Shown: positions 46,987 to 59,292 of the stretch, in pieces
Layout: every line of letters starts with the position of its first letter
Position numbering within the stretch: position 1 is the stretch's first letter
Position numbers and translations under genes: made by a program
NCBI GenBank assembly: GCA_027061805.1
Contig: JAMOWA010000018.1
Span: forward strand, 128,042 to 192,041
Reading direction: 5' to 3'
DNA from: Thermoanaerobaculia bacterium
Lineage (GTDB): Bacteria; Acidobacteriota; Thermoanaerobaculia; Thermoanaerobaculales; Sulfomarinibacteraceae
DNA: 64,000 nucleotides
The notes under the pieces: model-generated
The model's input: the letters and a program-made list of their open reading frames with translations, nothing else
Told to the model about the DNA's origin: nothing
The model's database searches: none

Positions 46987-47511
46987 CTACGCCTCGCCGA
47001 GGAGGCCCGTGACGTGGTGGAGGACCTCCACCGTGCGGACCACGCCGGCCACGCTCCCCTCGCGGAGCACGGGCAGGAGCGCCACGTCGTGCTCCACCAG
47101 CTCCCGGGCCACCTTCAGGAGGGGGTCGTCCGCGGAGACGGTGGCCGTGATGGGGGTCATGGCGTCGGACACGGGACGCTCGGCGTGCTCCCGGAGGCGC
47201 CCCAGGATCTCCTCGTTCACCTCCTGCGGGGCGGCGGCATCCCTGCGGAAGAGCCTCCGGTGGCCCGCGCCGCGGCCCGACACGGTGTCCAGCTGGAGCG
47301 CGCGGAGCAGGTCCCTCCGCCGGGCCATCCCCAGGAGCTGGTAGCTCTCGTTGAACACGAGGACCACCCTGGGAAGCGAGCGGCGGCCACCCGACGTGGT
47401 GAGGGCCGCGTTCTCCAGCTCCACCAGGGCCTGCCGGATGGTGAACCAGTAGGGGATGTGGGGGTACTCCTCCAGCGGGATCATGATCTCTGCTGCGGTG
47501 GGGGTCTTCAT
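46987..47511 (-). CDS. CBS-pair domain protein
   Basis: Two CBS-like units (IMIP...RVVLVFNESYQLLGMARRRDLL and VSDAMTP...LPVLREGSVAGVVRTVEVL). Confidence 0.75.
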   Translation of the reverse strand: MKTPTAAEIMIPLEEYPHIPYWFTIRQALVELENAALTTSGGRRSLPRVVLVFNESYQLLGMARRRDLLRALQLDTVSGRGAGHRRLFRRDAAAPQEVNEEILGRLREHAERPVSDAMTPITATVSADDPLLKVARELVEHDVALLPVLREGSVAGVVRTVEVLHHVTGLLGEA

Positions 47512-48060
47512 GGCACCTCCGTGGGCTCGGGGTGGGGCCGTCCGCCGGCTCCCTCCCCCTCGTGGTGGACGTGGAGCCCCGAGCGGCGGGCCACGGCCTC
47601 ACCGTCGCCGCCGCACCGCTCCTCCAGGGCCCTCAGGTACTCCTTCCGGAAGGCCGCCTCGGCCTCCGCGTAGGGCTCCAGGCCCAGCAGCTCCTCCAGC
47701 AGCGCGGCACGGCCGCGGACCCGCTGCCAGCGCATGGCCCGCTCCACGCTGTAGAGGATCTGCTCCTTCTTGAAGGGCTTGGTGATGTAGTCGAAGACAC
47801 CGAGCTCCAGCGCCTCGAGCGTGCTCTCCATGGAGCCGAAGGCGGTGATGATGATCACCTCCTCATTCCGGTCCCGCTCCCGCAGCCATCGCAGGATGTC
47901 CAGCCCGTCCATGCCGGGCATCTTGAGATCCACGATCACCAGGTCGAAGGTCCGCTGCTCCAGGAGGCCCGGCACCTCCAGGGAGTTGGCGGTGCACACC
48001 ACCTCATGGGGCGTCCGCTCCTGGAGGATCCTCTCCAGGAGGCGGAGCATGTGGACCTCG

Positions 48061-50279
<2,219 letters not shown>

Positions 50280-50283
<4 letters not shown>

Positions 50284-52883
50284 CCCCGGTCCTCCCGGGG
50301 TGGTCCCTGCAGTCCGAGCTTGCGGGCCAGATCGCGTTCGTACCAGTCGGCGATGCGGTCGTTGGCCAGGGCCATGTCCAGCTGCTTGGTGAGGATCGTC
50401 AGGCGGCCGAGGGTGGTGAGCGTCTCCAGCACCCTCTCCCGTGGGACCCAGGTGAGCTGCGTGTCGAGGTAGTCCCCCGCGGAGGCGCTCTCGAAGCCCA
50501 GCTTCAGGAGCAGCGCCTCGATGAGTCGGATCCTGCGGACCCTCCGGTCGATGGAGGCCCCCCCGTCCTTGTACTGCATCCGCACCGAGTTCCTGGAGGG
50601 GTCGCCGGTACAGAGGGCCTCCACGGTGGTGAAGTGGTACCCCATGCGCAGGCTGAGGATCATGTAATCCCCGGTGACGATCGCAAAGCTGTCCTCCTGG
50701 AACCCGGACCCGGGGCCCCGCGTCATGCCTGCGGCCATCACCGACAGGAACCCGCGGGTGTCCGCCGCGGGCGGGCGGGGCCATCCCTCCCGTTCCACCC
50801 CGGCCCAGAACGCCTCGAAGGGCGGGCAGTCCAGCCGGTCCAGGTCCACCTGCCCCCGGTGCGCCACCGTCCGGAGGTCGCGCTCCAGGTGGACCACCGT
50901 GACCTGGAGCGGCACGCCCGTCCGGAGACGGACCCCTGCCCGCCTGCCCGAGCCGCCCGTCCGGACGGACCGGAACATCTCCTCCATGGCCCGCTGGTGG
51001 GCGAAGCGGGTCACGTCGTGGACCGTGCGACAGCTCGCGATCTGGAAATCAGGGGTGGAGGGGTGGATCAGGTTGAGGGGGGCGATCCGGCCCAGGACCG
51101 ACTGCAGCAGGTCGAAGATGGGCTCGCCCGTCAGGGGCTCGAACTCCCTCCGGCGCGCCGCCACGAGCCCGGGGAGAACACCCCGGTAGATCGTCTCTCC
51201 CGTGGCGTCCACCGTGACCTCCATGCCGGGCTCGAGAGGAGCCGTGTCCTCCACGCCCACCAGCGTGGGGACGCCGTGCTCGCGCGCCAGCGTGGCCATG
51301 TGGCTGGCGCTGCCCCCCACCTCGGCCACGATGGCGGCCACCCTACCCATCACGGCCACGAGGCCCGGAAACGGCCGCGGCGTGACCACCACCGCGCCCG
51401 CCGGGACGGACTCCAGGTCGGCGGCGGTCCCCACGCGGCACACGGGGCCCGCCCCGGCCCCGGGGGCCGCCGTCACGCCTCCACTGACCAGGACCGGAGC
51501 CCCAGCGAGGTCCACCTCGGCGAGCTCGCCGCTCCTGGAGAAGGTGCGGAGGGGCCGGCACTGGAGCAGCACCAGCCGGCCGCTGGCGTCCAGGGCCCAC
51601 TCGATGTCGCGCGGTCCGCCGTAGACCGCCTCGGCCCGCAGTGCGAGCTCGGCGAGCCGGTGGATCCGGTCCGCCGTGAGGGAGGGCAGGCCCCGCTCCT
51701 CCACGGGCACGGCGGTCTCCCGGACGCCGCCGCCGGGCTGGGCCACCAGCTGGACCGGCTTGGCGGCCACCCTGGACTCGAGGATGGACCGGTCGCTCCT
51801 CGAAACGCGGAAGACGTCGGGGCTCACCCGGCCGCCCACCAGGGTCGCACCCAGGCCCCGGACCGCCTGGATCACCAGGACGTCCTCCGCGGCGTCCACG
51901 GGGTCGCGGGTGTACACCACCCCTGCGGCCTCCGCGTCGATCATCTCCACGAAGCCCACGCTCATGGGGGTGTCCGCCTCCGCCAGGGAGTGGCTCAGGA
52001 GGTAGTAGATGGCGCCCGGTGTGAACTTCCCCGCCACCACACGCCGGTAGGCCTCCACGGCCCGTTTGAGGGGAACGTTGAGCTCCGACCGGTACTGGCC
52101 CGCGAAGCTCAGGGCGGAGTCCTCCCCCACGGCACTGGAGCGGACCGCCACGAAGCGGGCCCCCGTCCGCGCGGACAGGTCCGCGACGGCCGACCGGATG
52201 GCCTCCTCCAGCTCGGGAGGCAGCGGGGTCTCGAGCACGGCCCTGCGGATCTCCTCGCTGGCGGCCGCGAGCCCGGAGAAGGAGGACAGGTCCACGCCGT
52301 CCAGGATCCCGGCGATCCTCTCCTGGAGCCCTGCGGAATCCAGGAAGAGGCGGTAGGCCCACGCGGTCACCGCGAACCCGTCCGGCGTGGGCAGCGCCGC
52401 CCGCGAGGCCAGCTCGGCCAGGTGGGCGTTCTTGGCGCCCACCGACCAGGCGTCGGAGGAGTTCAGCTCGTTGAACGGCCGCACCAGCCGGTCCTCCCGG
52501 GCGGGCGCCCTTCCCTCCACGAGGATGGAGATCTCCCGGGCGATCTCCCGGACACGGTCCTCCAGGGGAAGGTACTCCGGCCCCCCGATGGCCACCAGGT
52601 CGCCGGCGAGCTCCTCCAGCGCCGTGGTGAGCTCGTCCACCGAGGCCTGGATGTAGGACCGGTCGAAGAGGTACTCCCCCCGCGCCTTCTCCTCCATGTC
52701 GGCGATGCGCTTGAGGATCAGGTTGTTCCGGTCCAGGAGGCGGCGGAAGAGGCGGAAGCGCTCCCGGGTTCCCTCGGGCACGGCCTCCACGGGCGGCTCC
52801 GCCGCCAGCAGGTTCGCGAGCCACGAGCGGACCCTCGCCAGCGTTCCCGCCGAACGTCCGCCGCTGCTGCCCGGCGCATCCAT
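50280..52883 (-). CDS. PEP/pyruvate-binding (PPDK_N) plus PEP-utilising mobile-domain protein with an uncharacterised C-terminal region
   Basis: VGAKNAHLAEL ATP-grasp start and phosphohistidine domain GGSASHMATLAREHGVPTLVG. ATG 52883 is preferred over 53024, because the extension would cover the AT-rich promoter/CRP-like site. Confidence 0.8.
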
Positions 52884-52991
52884 CGGCCGCCCTCCGCTCC
52901 CCCCGCCGGACCCACTCCCCCGGTGGCCCTCGCGGAAGGAACCCCCCCAAGGGCTTCCCGCGCGCTCCGGAGACCGGACCACCACCCCTAA

Positions 52992-53007
52992 TGTGAAATC
53001 TTTCACT
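52992..53007. promoter_or_regulatory. CRP/FNR-family-type binding site
   Basis: TGTGA-aatctt-TCACT matches TGTGA-N6-TCACA at 9 of 10 positions. It lies in the AT-richer divergent region between 52883 (-) and 53166 (+). Confidence 0.4.
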
Positions 53008-53165
53008 TGCCCTGTCAAGCCCATGAAAGGACAGGCGTATGGTCATGGCGTGGTGCACCGGCGGGTCGTTCACAGGGGGGCGCCCTGCGGCGTGCGGAGC
53101 GCGTCCTTCCGTTCCGGATCCGGAACATCCGATGGAGTCCCTCGTAGGAACGGATGGAGGATGTC

Positions 53166-53345
53166 ATGATCCGCGTGGAAGAGCATGACAACGTACGCCC
53201 TGTGTGCCCCCACTGCAACCAGCCCCTGGACCGCCTGACCCGGACCCCGATCCAGGTCACGCTCGGCAAGGCCTTCGCCTGGTCCTGCCCCCACTGCAGG
53301 AAGGTCCTCGGTGTCACCCACCGCAAGGGCTTCTGGATGGGGTGA
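53166..53345 (+). CDS. small zinc-ribbon protein (59 aa)
   Basis: GGAGGA lies 5 nt before ATG 53166 (the track start is 53154). CPHC-x29-CPHC. Confidence 0.45.
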   Translation: MIRVEEHDNVRPVCPHCNQPLDRLTRTPIQVTLGKAFAWSCPHCRKVLGVTHRKGFWMG

Positions 53346-53435
53346 GAGTCGCTCCGCGGGGAGGCAGGGGACCGGCCCGGAAGGCCGGAGCCCGTGCTAC
53401 CCTCGGCCGGAGATTCCCCCACGGAGGTCCAGACG

Positions 53436-53948
53436 ATGATCCGGCCGAGGCTCCCCCTCCTTCTCCTCGCGGTGCTGGCCGCGCTCCCGGTGCTCGCCGG
53501 GGATCCACCACCCCTCGACGACCCCTTCCTGGAGGCCCTGACCGGCTCCTGGACGCTCCGCGGGACGGTGCAGGGCGAGGCCGTGGTCACCACGGTGGAG
53601 GCCCGGTGGGTCCTCGGCCACCAGTTCCTCCGGCTCCACCTGGTGGACGCCGCCGAGCCGCCCTCCTACGAGGCCCTGATCTTCCTCGGCCGCGACGCCG
53701 GCACCGGCCGGTACCTCGCCCACTGGCTGGACGTCGCCGGAGCGGGTCCCTCGCGCACCCTGGGCACCGGGACCCGCACGGGCGACACCCTCGTCCTCCG
53801 CTTCGAGTACCCCGGCACCACCTTCCGGGACACCTTCACCCTCGACCGGGCGAAGGGCACCTGGACCCTCCTGATCGAGAGCGGTTCCGGGAACGGCCCC
53901 TGGTCCACCTTCGCCGCCTACACCGCGGTGCGTGGCACGCCGGACTGA
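53436..53948 (+). CDS. secreted DUF1579-like protein
   Basis: ATG 53436 after GGAGGT. Signal peptide LLLLAVLAALPVLAG. GSWTLRGTVQG...RWVLGHQFL pattern. Confidence 0.55.
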   Translation: MIRPRLPLLLLAVLAALPVLAGDPPPLDDPFLEALTGSWTLRGTVQGEAVVTTVEARWVLGHQFLRLHLVDAAEPPSYEALIFLGRDAGTGRYLAHWLDVAGAGPSRTLGTGTRTGDTLVLRFEYPGTTFRDTFTLDRAKGTWTLLIESGSGNGPWSTFAAYTAVRGTPD

Positions 53949-54023
53949 AGCCCCGGGTTCAGGAGAGCCCCGCCCTGGAGTGAGCCTTCAAGATCGAGAA
54001 AGCGATGGCACTCGAGATGTAGA

Positions 54024-54040
54024 ATGTCGGTAACCGACAT
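54024..54040. promoter_or_regulatory. perfect palindrome upstream of the trypco2-like ORF
   Basis: ATGTCGG-TAA-CCGACAT, 19 nt upstream of ATG 54059. Confidence 0.25.
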
Positions 54041-54058
54041 CGGGAGGGGGCCGTTGCC

Positions 54059-54220
54059 ATGGCACGAGATCTTGCCGAGGAGCTCGAGAGGAACATTCCC
54101 CTGTCCGAAATGATCCAGACCCTGCGCCGCGAGTTGCAGGTGTCCATGGCTGTCGCGAAAGATGAGGATCCACGCTTCAATGTTCCCGAGGTGGAGCTCG
54201 GGCCGAGGCGCGTGGCATGA
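54059..54220 (+). pseudogene. truncated trypco2-like (trypsin-co-occurring domain 2) fragment, 53 aa
   Basis: GGGAGGGGG SD. LSEMIQTLRRELQVSMAVAKDEDPRFNVPEVEL matches the N-terminal half of the trypco2 pattern as I recall it, then ends. The stop overlaps the next ATG (ATGA). Not in the ORF track (under 60 aa). Confidence 0.4.
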
Positions 54221-55397
54221 GCGAGAATCATCAGAGGGACCACAAATCGCTTCGATTGGTGACTGGCAGAACAGCCGATTGGCATGAGCTCGCCAAGGAT
54301 TGCGTGCGCTTCGCGAACGCCCGGGGCGGCGTGATCCTGATCGGCATCGAAGACGATGCCGACGAGCCGGCGGCTGACCAAGAGATTCCCGCAGGTCTGA
54401 CCGACAGGATCCGCAAGCGGGTCAAGGAGCTGACGGTCAACGTCGAAATCGCGGTCTCGGTGAACGTGGCGGAGAATGGCGGCCAGTACATGGAGTTACG
54501 AATTTCGCGTTCGTCGGCCCTGGCCTCGACCACGGATGGCCGCTACTACCTCCGGGTCGCAGACGACTGCAAGCCTCTCGTCGGCGAGGCAATCCAGCGC
54601 CTTCTGAACGAGCGGGGCATGCAGTCGTGGGAGATCCTGACGACCCTTGGAGTGCCTCAAGAAAATGCCGATCCTGCCGAGCTCGAACGCTACCCCTTGG
54701 CGTGACGCCGGAGAACATCCCCCACACAACGGTTCGGCGCAACGAGCACCTTGCCCGGGTCTTTCACGACCTCGGCCTGATGGAACGGGAGGGAAGCGGC
54801 TACGACAGAATGTACGAGGTCCTGCTCTCCCAGGGGAGGAGGCCTCCAGCTCTCCGGGAAGGACCTGACCGGATCGAGGTGACGGTAGAACGACGGGTCT
54901 TGAATGATGCAGTGATCGACTTCATCCGGAAGGCCGATGAAACCTTTCAACTGACACAGCGGGAGCGAATCACACTGGGTTTGCTGGCGCAGCACGACGG
55001 GCTGACGGCGCGGGATCTCGTGAAGGAGCTGCACCTCCCAGCTGTCGATGATCTCAAGCCATGGCTGGGCAAGTTGCTCGACCTGGAGCTCATTCGCCAG
55101 GCTGGCCGTACCAGGGGGACACGCTATTTCGTCGATGCCACGCTGATGCGAACCCTGGAGTTCTCCCACGGAACCACACTGGCTCGGATCGAGCCGCATC
55201 GACTGAGTGCACTGGTCGTGGAAGATCTACGTCGGCATCCCGGATCGGGCCGCGGTGAGATTCATACCCGTATCGGGAAGGAGATCCCGGTGAGCAGAAT
55301 TCAGCGAACCCTCAAGAAACTTGTTGATGAGGGAATTGTCGTCTATCAGGGGGAGCGAAGGTGGCGGCGGTACTGGCTCGAGGACTCGAGGCGGTGA
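54217..55397 (+). pseudogene. AlbA_2 (Schlafen-like) / HATPase_c_4 / wHTH putative regulator, internally deleted and frameshifted
   Basis: Two overlapping ORFs in different frames (54217..54705 and 54627..55397). The first holds the AlbA_2 domain (FANARGGVILIGIEDD). The second starts at the tail of the ATPase-like domain (LPLGVTPENI...RNEHLARVFHDLGLMEREGSGYDRM) and continues into wHTH regions. About 200 aa expected between them are missing. Confidence 0.65.
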
Positions 55398-55677
55398 GGC
55401 ATATGGTTCAACAACGCGCCTATCGGTTGACAATTGGCAACCCACCAGCGTCATAGGCCCTCCAACATACTGACACAACGTGTGTTGTATAAAACGCAAT
55501 CGCGTCCGATGCATCATAGAAACGTGTTACAAGGGAACGCCGGCCGTGGTATCCAGGTGCTCTACCCAAGACATACCGACGTAGCTGACGGCCACCAACC
55601 TCATTCCCGTTCAGAAACAGTGCTCACTCGCAATTCCGGTCCTGTCCGTGGCGGCGGCTCCAGGCAGGTCGCCGGCC

Positions 55678-58600
55678 TCAGTCAACCGTGACCACCCTCC
55701 CCGCCGCCAGGAACCACAGCTCGGTGCGGGGTGGCTCGGGGAGGGCGAGGGCTTCCTGGATGGCGCGGGCGTAGGCGGCGAGCTGGCTCCGGTAGGCCTG
55801 GGCGCGTTCGTCGAGGTGGGTGGGGTCGTCGGTCTTGTGATCGGCGACGACGAGGCGGCCGGTTCCGGGGTCGCGGTAGAGGAGGTCGATGACGCCCCGG
55901 CAGGCGCCGACGGGGTCGTCCTCGTACCGGGGCTCGTCGGGGGGCGGCAGGAGGACGGGGAGCTCGCGGGCCAGGACGTGGCCGGCGAGGCCGAGCCAGC
56001 GGTCCCAGAGCGGTCCCGAGCGGAAGGTGTCGAGGAGCTCGTCCAGGTGGGTGCGGGCCGCGGCCAGGCGGTCCGGGGCCACGGCGGTCTCGAGCCAGCG
56101 GGCGGCCTCCTGCCGGCAGCGGTCGAGCTCGGCGTCCGGATCGGGTGCTCGGTGGTCGAAGTGCTCCATCACGCGGTGGACGGCGGAGCCCGCGGCCGTG
56201 GCCACATCCCGCGGGACGCCGGCACGCGCCAGGGCGGCCCCCTCCTCGGGCGTCTCGGCGCCCTCCACGCCGGCGGCGACGGCCTCGGCCAGCTCCCGGT
56301 GCGCCTCGTGGGAGACCGCCTGGAGCCACGGCCGCCCCTGGCGGGCGGCGGCCCCGGCGCGGAGCCCGGCCAGGGTCTCGCGGTCGGCGAGGAAGGTGTC
56401 CACTCGGGGAACGGCGGCCGGTCCGGGCGGCGCGAGGGATGGCAGGGGACCCGGGGCGGGAAGCCGCCAGAGCGCTCCCTCCTCGAGCAGGGTGCCGTCG
56501 GGGTCCATCCGCCCGGCCAGCACCTCGGGGTCCAGGTGCCAGCCGCCCGTCCGGGCCGTCATCCTCGCCAGGAAGGTGCCCTCGGGCGCGATCCACGTGG
56601 CGCCCGCCTTCCGGTACTCGGGTGCGCCCACCGTGACGAGACGGTCCCTGGCGCGGGTCATGGCCACGTAGAGCAGCCGCAGCTCCTCGGCCTCGGCGAC
56701 CTCGGCTCTGGCCTCCTCGGCGTCCGCCCAGCGGGGCGTGGGGATCCCGGCGAGACGGATTTCCAGCGCGCCCGTCGCCGGATGCCGCTGCACCGCCGTC
56801 TCGCTGGCAGCGGGCGACCGGCGGCGGCCACCCCCGGCCGTCTGCACGATCCAGACGTGGGCAAACCCGAGCCCCTTGGCCCCGTGGACCGTCATCACCT
56901 GCACGCCGCCACCGTCCTGCCTCGGGCGGGCGCTGGCCTCGTCGGGCCGTTCACGGCCCACGCGCCGCAGCCATGCCAGCACGGGCTCCGCTCCCGAAGC
57001 GCGGGAGAGCTCGGAGGCGAAGTCGTCGAGGAACCGTTCCACGTTGGCCAGCCGGTAGCGGCCCGGGAACCGTGCCGCGGCCAGGGCCTCGGCCAGCGTC
57101 AGCTCCCGGAGCCTCTCGACGAAGCGGTCCGGTGGGTCCTCGGCGAGGGAGCGTCTGAGCCTGCCGAGATTGCCGAGGAATGCCACGAGGGCACCGGGCC
57201 ATCCTTCGAGCGGGTCCACGGGTGCATCGATGGAGTCGGCCGCCTTCTCGATGGCAGCGACCGTGTCCGGGGCGATCTCCGGCCCGTCCACGGCGGCGGC
57301 CAGCCGGGGCAGGCCGGCGTGCCACAGGGGCCGCAGGGCGGCGTCGGGGACGCCGACGTACGGGCTCCGGAGGACCGCGGTCAGCGCCAGCACGTCGTCC
57401 GGATCGAGGATCGTCCGGCACAGCGCCATGGCCTCGGCCACCTCGCGGGTACGGTAGAAGCTCCGGTCCTTGCCCACCTCGTAGGGGATACCGGCCTCCC
57501 GGAGCGCCTCGAGGAAGGGCTCCAGGTGGGTCGAGGCCCGCATCAGGATCGCCATGCCGCCGAAGGGCTGACCGTGATCCCTGTGGAGCGCCACCATGTC
57601 CGAGACCACCGCCCTGGCCTCGAGCCGTGCCGTGTCCTCCACCCTGGCGTTGTGGGACGGATCGCCGCTCGCCTCGTCCACTTTCACGGCGAGCCAGTGC
57701 TCCACGGGGTGACGGCCGCCCTCGGTGAAGCCGGGATCCGCCGCGCGCTCGGGGCAGGCGGACAGCGGCTCGAAGGGCGCCTGCACGCCGGGACGCTCCT
57801 TCATGGACGGAGCGACCACCCGTTCCACCTCCTCGAGGATGGCCGGAACCGAGCGGAAGTTGACCTCGAGCCTCCGCTGGACGCCGCCGGCCGAGCGGAT
57901 GGCCTGCACGAGCCGCTCGTAGGCGGCGAAGTCGGCGCCCCGGAAGGCGTAGATGGACTGCTTGGGATCGCCGACGAGGAAGAGACAGGGACCGGGACCC
58001 GGATCGTCGCCGAGCGCCAGCAGGCGGACGATCTCGGCCTGCTCGGGATCGGTGTCCTGCATCTCGTCCACCAGGAGCTGCCTGATCTCCGACCGCAGCT
58101 GGCGGCGGACGCCCGCCTCCCTCTCGAGCACCGTGCGGGCGAGACGCAGCAGGTCGTTGAAGCCCAGGATGCCCCGGGCCCGCTGGACCTCCTCGACCCG
58201 GCGCAGCACCGGGGCAAGGAGCGCCGCCACCTGCCGCCAGGTCTCGGGATCGAAGCGTTGGAGCATCTGCAGGCGGGGAACGGCCCTGGCAAGGTTGGCG
58301 GAGAAGTCCTCCGGATCGAGGGCCTCGGGTGTGGGCCTGTTGAGCTTGCCGCCAGCCCACTCCGCCAGCTTGTCCATGGCCTTCCTCCGGCCGGGATCGG
58401 ACACGAGCTCCGCCACGGCGCGGAGCCGTTCGAGCGCCGTGCCCTCGCCGTGCTCCAGCAGGTCGGCCAGCGCGACGAGCAGCCTGCCGCCTTCACCGAC
58501 GTTCTTCGGCTTGTCCGCGTACGCGGCGCCGTCCTGCCGGCAGGGCACGATCCACGAGGCCAGCCGCCCGAGCAGCTCCTCGAGCACCGGCCCGGCGAAG

Positions 58601-59292
58601 GGATCGTCCTCGAGCACCTCCGGCGTGACACCGGCGGCCACGAGGGTGGCGGCGGCGTCGCCCAGCTCGGCGGGGCCGAGGCCCACGGCGGCCAGGGCCA
58701 TGGCCCGGGGCTCTCCGTCGCGGAAGGCCGGCACGAGCATGGCCTGAACGGTCTCGTCCACGAGCTCGCGGACGGCCTCGCCGCTGGCATCCACGTCGAA
58801 ACCAGGCCGCACGCCGGCCTCGACGGGGAAGCGGGCCAGGATCGAACGGGCGAAGGCGTGGATGGTTCCCACGTGGAGGCGCTCGAGCTGGGTCAGCAAC
58901 GCGCCGGCACGCTTCCGGACGACGGCCTCGTCCGGCGGCAGGGCCGCCCGGTAGAGCCCCGTCACGACCGGGTCATCGGGGTCGGCCGGGAAGGGGTCGG
59001 TCTCCCGCAGGGTCACCAGGGCCTCGGCGGTCCGGGACGCCATCTCGGCCGCCGCCGCCTCGCTGAAGGTGATGGCCACCACGCCCTCGAGCACCCGGGC
59101 GGCCACGGTCTCGTCGTCGTCCCCGTTCCGGGCCGCCGCCTCCCAGCCCGGTCCCACGCTCCACGCCACGATGCGGGCCACCAGCGCCGCGGTCTTGCCG
59201 GTCCCGGCCCCGGCCTGGAGCGCCACGTGCCGGGAGAGCTCCGTCTGGGCCGCCAGGCGGGCCTCGAGATCGGCGATCCGGCCGGCGTTCAC
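55678..59292 (-). CDS. AddA/UvrD-like helicase with C-terminal PD-(D/E)XK nuclease domain
   Basis: GTG 59292 overlaps the upstream stop (GTGA); the track start is 59331. Walker A GAGTGKTAAL, LLVDEMQDTD, and nuclease motif GVIDLLYRDPGTGRLVVADHKTD...QLAAYARA. Confidence 0.85.
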   Translation of the reverse strand: MNAGRIADLEARLAAQTELSRHVALQAGAGTGKTAALVARIVAWSVGPGWEAAARNGDDDETVAARVLEGVVAITFSEAAAAEMASRTAEALVTLRETDPFPADPDDPVVTGLYRAALPPDEAVVRKRAGALLTQLERLHVGTIHAFARSILARFPVEAGVRPGFDVDASGEAVRELVDETVQAMLVPAFRDGEPRAMALAAVGLGPAELGDAAATLVAAGVTPEVLEDDPFAGPVLEELLGRLASWIVPCRQDGAAYADKPKNVGEGGRLLVALADLLEHGEGTALERLRAVAELVSDPGRRKAMDKLAEWAGGKLNRPTPEALDPEDFSANLARAVPRLQMLQRFDPETWRQVAALLAPVLRRVEEVQRARGILGFNDLLRLARTVLEREAGVRRQLRSEIRQLLVDEMQDTDPEQAEIVRLLALGDDPGPGPCLFLVGDPKQSIYAFRGADFAAYERLVQAIRSAGGVQRRLEVNFRSVPAILEEVERVVAPSMKERPGVQAPFEPLSACPERAADPGFTEGGRHPVEHWLAVKVDEASGDPSHNARVEDTARLEARAVVSDMVALHRDHGQPFGGMAILMRASTHLEPFLEALREAGIPYEVGKDRSFYRTREVAEAMALCRTILDPDDVLALTAVLRSPYVGVPDAALRPLWHAGLPRLAAAVDGPEIAPDTVAAIEKAADSIDAPVDPLEGWPGALVAFLGNLGRLRRSLAEDPPDRFVERLRELTLAEALAAARFPGRYRLANVERFLDDFASELSRASGAEPVLAWLRRVGRERPDEASARPRQDGGGVQVMTVHGAKGLGFAHVWIVQTAGGGRRRSPAASETAVQRHPATGALEIRLAGIPTPRWADAEEARAEVAEAEELRLLYVAMTRARDRLVTVGAPEYRKAGATWIAPEGTFLARMTARTGGWHLDPEVLAGRMDPDGTLLEEGALWRLPAPGPLPSLAPPGPAAVPRVDTFLADRETLAGLRAGAAARQGRPWLQAVSHEAHRELAEAVAAGVEGAETPEEGAALARAGVPRDVATAAGSAVHRVMEHFDHRAPDPDAELDRCRQEAARWLETAVAPDRLAAARTHLDELLDTFRSGPLWDRWLGLAGHVLARELPVLLPPPDEPRYEDDPVGACRGVIDLLYRDPGTGRLVVADHKTDDPTHLDERAQAYRSQLAAYARAIQEALALPEPPRTELWFLAAGRVVTVD

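Noticed and set aside
52884-53024. 47-codon N-terminal extension of the PEP-utilising enzyme ORF
   Set aside because: The extension is Gly/Ser/Arg-rich and would place the AT-rich promoter-like DNA and the CRP-like site inside coding sequence. ATG 52883 gives a sensible N-terminus.
54060-54076. TGGCACGAGATCTTGCC, resembling a sigma-54 -24/-12 element
   Set aside because: The GG-to-GC spacing is one nt too long, and the sequence is the first codons of the trypco2-like ORF.
53959-54381. 140-aa minus-strand ORF
   Set aside because: It overlaps two plus-strand ORFs that have SD sequences and recognisable domains. Its translation is Ser/Arg-rich and featureless.
55530-55590. Minus-strand GGGTAGAGCACCTGG, identical to a common tRNA D-arm/anticodon-stem junction; a possible tRNA or integration-site remnant
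   Set aside because: No acceptor stem, D-stem partner (GCTC), anticodon stem or T-arm can be formed around it. At most it is a 13-15-nt fragment, which could be chance.
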